Assembly (NCBI GenBank): GCA_024137785.1
Contig: JAHRHZ010000222.1
Coordinates: forward strand, 30,546,785 to 30,610,784
Source: Ginglymostoma cirratum
Taxonomy: Eukaryota
Length of the DNA: 64,000 nt
Reading direction: 5' to 3'
A model generated the notes under the pieces. It ran no database searches. It was not told where the DNA came from and worked only from the letters and a program-made list of their open reading frames with translations. Both the position numbers and the translations under genes were made by a program. The stretch's first letter is position 1, and the number at the start of each line of letters is the position of its first letter. Shown piece after piece: positions 62,501 to 64,000 of the stretch.

Positions 62501-63769
62501 TGTTGATACAAAAGCAGTTCAAAGGCTCTAAATTCTACAATGGGTAACCCACCTCCTGACTGTCCACTGTTAGAAAATGAATCCTCACGACAGCTGATCA
62601 AGGTGTAAAAAGCATCTGATCGATTTACTGCTGCTGCCTTCTTTCCTGGTAGGGAACCACAGGGCCTACTTAGTCTACTGTGGTAGAGGAAAACCACTTG
62701 TTAGTCCACCGAGGAAAGGCTCTTGAAACAAGATGTGGTTTATTGGATGATAGCAACTACGCACAAGATACACAGATTTAATAGACACTGTTACTGAAAT
62801 TATGAGGATGGCCTTGTTGTTAGGTCTTACTCCTTTGACATTCAAAGCTGCTCACCTGCCTGAGCATATGTGACATCTTCATGTTAGATGACACTCAACA
62901 TACCCCTCAGCATTTGCAGGCAGGCCTATATACCTTATACAACTTCTCCCACCATGTAAGCTGTGTCCATATTTACATTTACTAATACCCTGTCTTCCCC
63001 AAGTCTCTGTTGATTCTTGCAGCCTGAAATCTCTACTGATCTGATAAGATTGGAAAACGTTTCTGTCAACCCTGTATAGCCTCAGATTTCCATCTTGCAG
63101 ACTGTATGAAACTAATTTCTTATGCCAGCATAGCTAATTCAATTGATTCTGTCTTCTGTTTGGGTTCCTCAAAAATAATTGGACGCTCTATGAAATTTTC
63201 TACCAATTGCTCCTTGATCAGTTGCTCAGTTACCAAAATTTTATTTGACCTGCTTTTCCCTGACAGGCTGTGTCTTATTCACCTCTTCCATAACTGGTTG
63301 ATCCTTGACTTTAACTAATTTGACTTCTGCTTTCTGAATAAAATATCATCAAAACACGTACTCATGTTCAAAAGTGAAAACTCTTGATTGTGAAGCAAAT
63401 ATAAGTCCTCCCTTTGTAGTGCATGTTGCTTGTATCATAGTTTTAACCATAAATGCTATACCTCCTGCATCATGAATTTGCACCACTATCGACTATAAAT
63501 AGTGTTCTTTTCAACCATGGTATGCCATCCGCTAATGTACTGACACTTGGCCCTGGTTTAAGCTTAAAGTTGGTGAGGTGTCCATTGTTATAAATATCCT
63601 CCTGCCAAAAGTCTATGTCTGAAACACCTATTTTCCTTAAGTATACCTTTGGCTTTTCTTCTATTGTAGTCTGCTTGAGCTCATTTATTTCTTGACGTGT
63701 GAGGCTTTTTATCATCTCGTTGCTCCATGAAGGCCTTATTTCAGAACATTTTCTTCCTTTTAATTCATT

Positions 63770-63870
63770 TTTTTGTGGGATGTGGGTGATGCTGGCTCAG
63801 CCAACATTTATCCCCATCCCTAATTGCCCTTGAGAAGGTGGTGGTGAGCTGCCTTCTTGAACCTCTCCGT
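63770..63870 (-). mobile_element. LINE/SINE 3' tail
   Basis: CATCCCTAATTGCCCTTGAGAAGGTGGTGGTGAGCTGCC is the reverse of the 19720-19795 tail. Confidence 0.85.
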
Positions 63871-64000
63871 GCAATGTAGAGAAGACCTCTACACTGGGGA
63901 AACAAAGCATAGGCTGGGTGACCACTTCACAGAATATCTACGTTCTAGCTGCAAAAATGTCCCTGAGCTTCCAGTTGCCTGCATCTTCAACATACCACCT

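Overview
Eukaryotic, AT-rich, repeat-dominated DNA with no intact or identifiable host gene, and no prokaryotic operon, rRNA, tRNA gene or CRISPR array. The repeat complement points to a cartilaginous fish (shark) intergenic or intronic region; this is inference. It includes many CR1 LINE fragments, L2 and Rex1/Babar fragments, Penelope-like elements (PLEs), tRNA-derived SINEs, decayed PIF/Harbinger transposase and Myb genes, and a decayed Gypsy LTR element. The most structured signal is a series of PLE insertions that are fold-back (inverted) structures carrying minimal hammerhead ribozyme motifs. They range from a 2.3 kb palindrome with a 16 bp TSD (13586-15909, nested in a CR1 tail) to a 230 bp hairpin mini-element with a 10 bp TSD (34725-34954). 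There are two assembly gaps (17347-17356 and 52228-52407). Family calls come from motif recognition by eye, and most boundaries of old elements are approximate.
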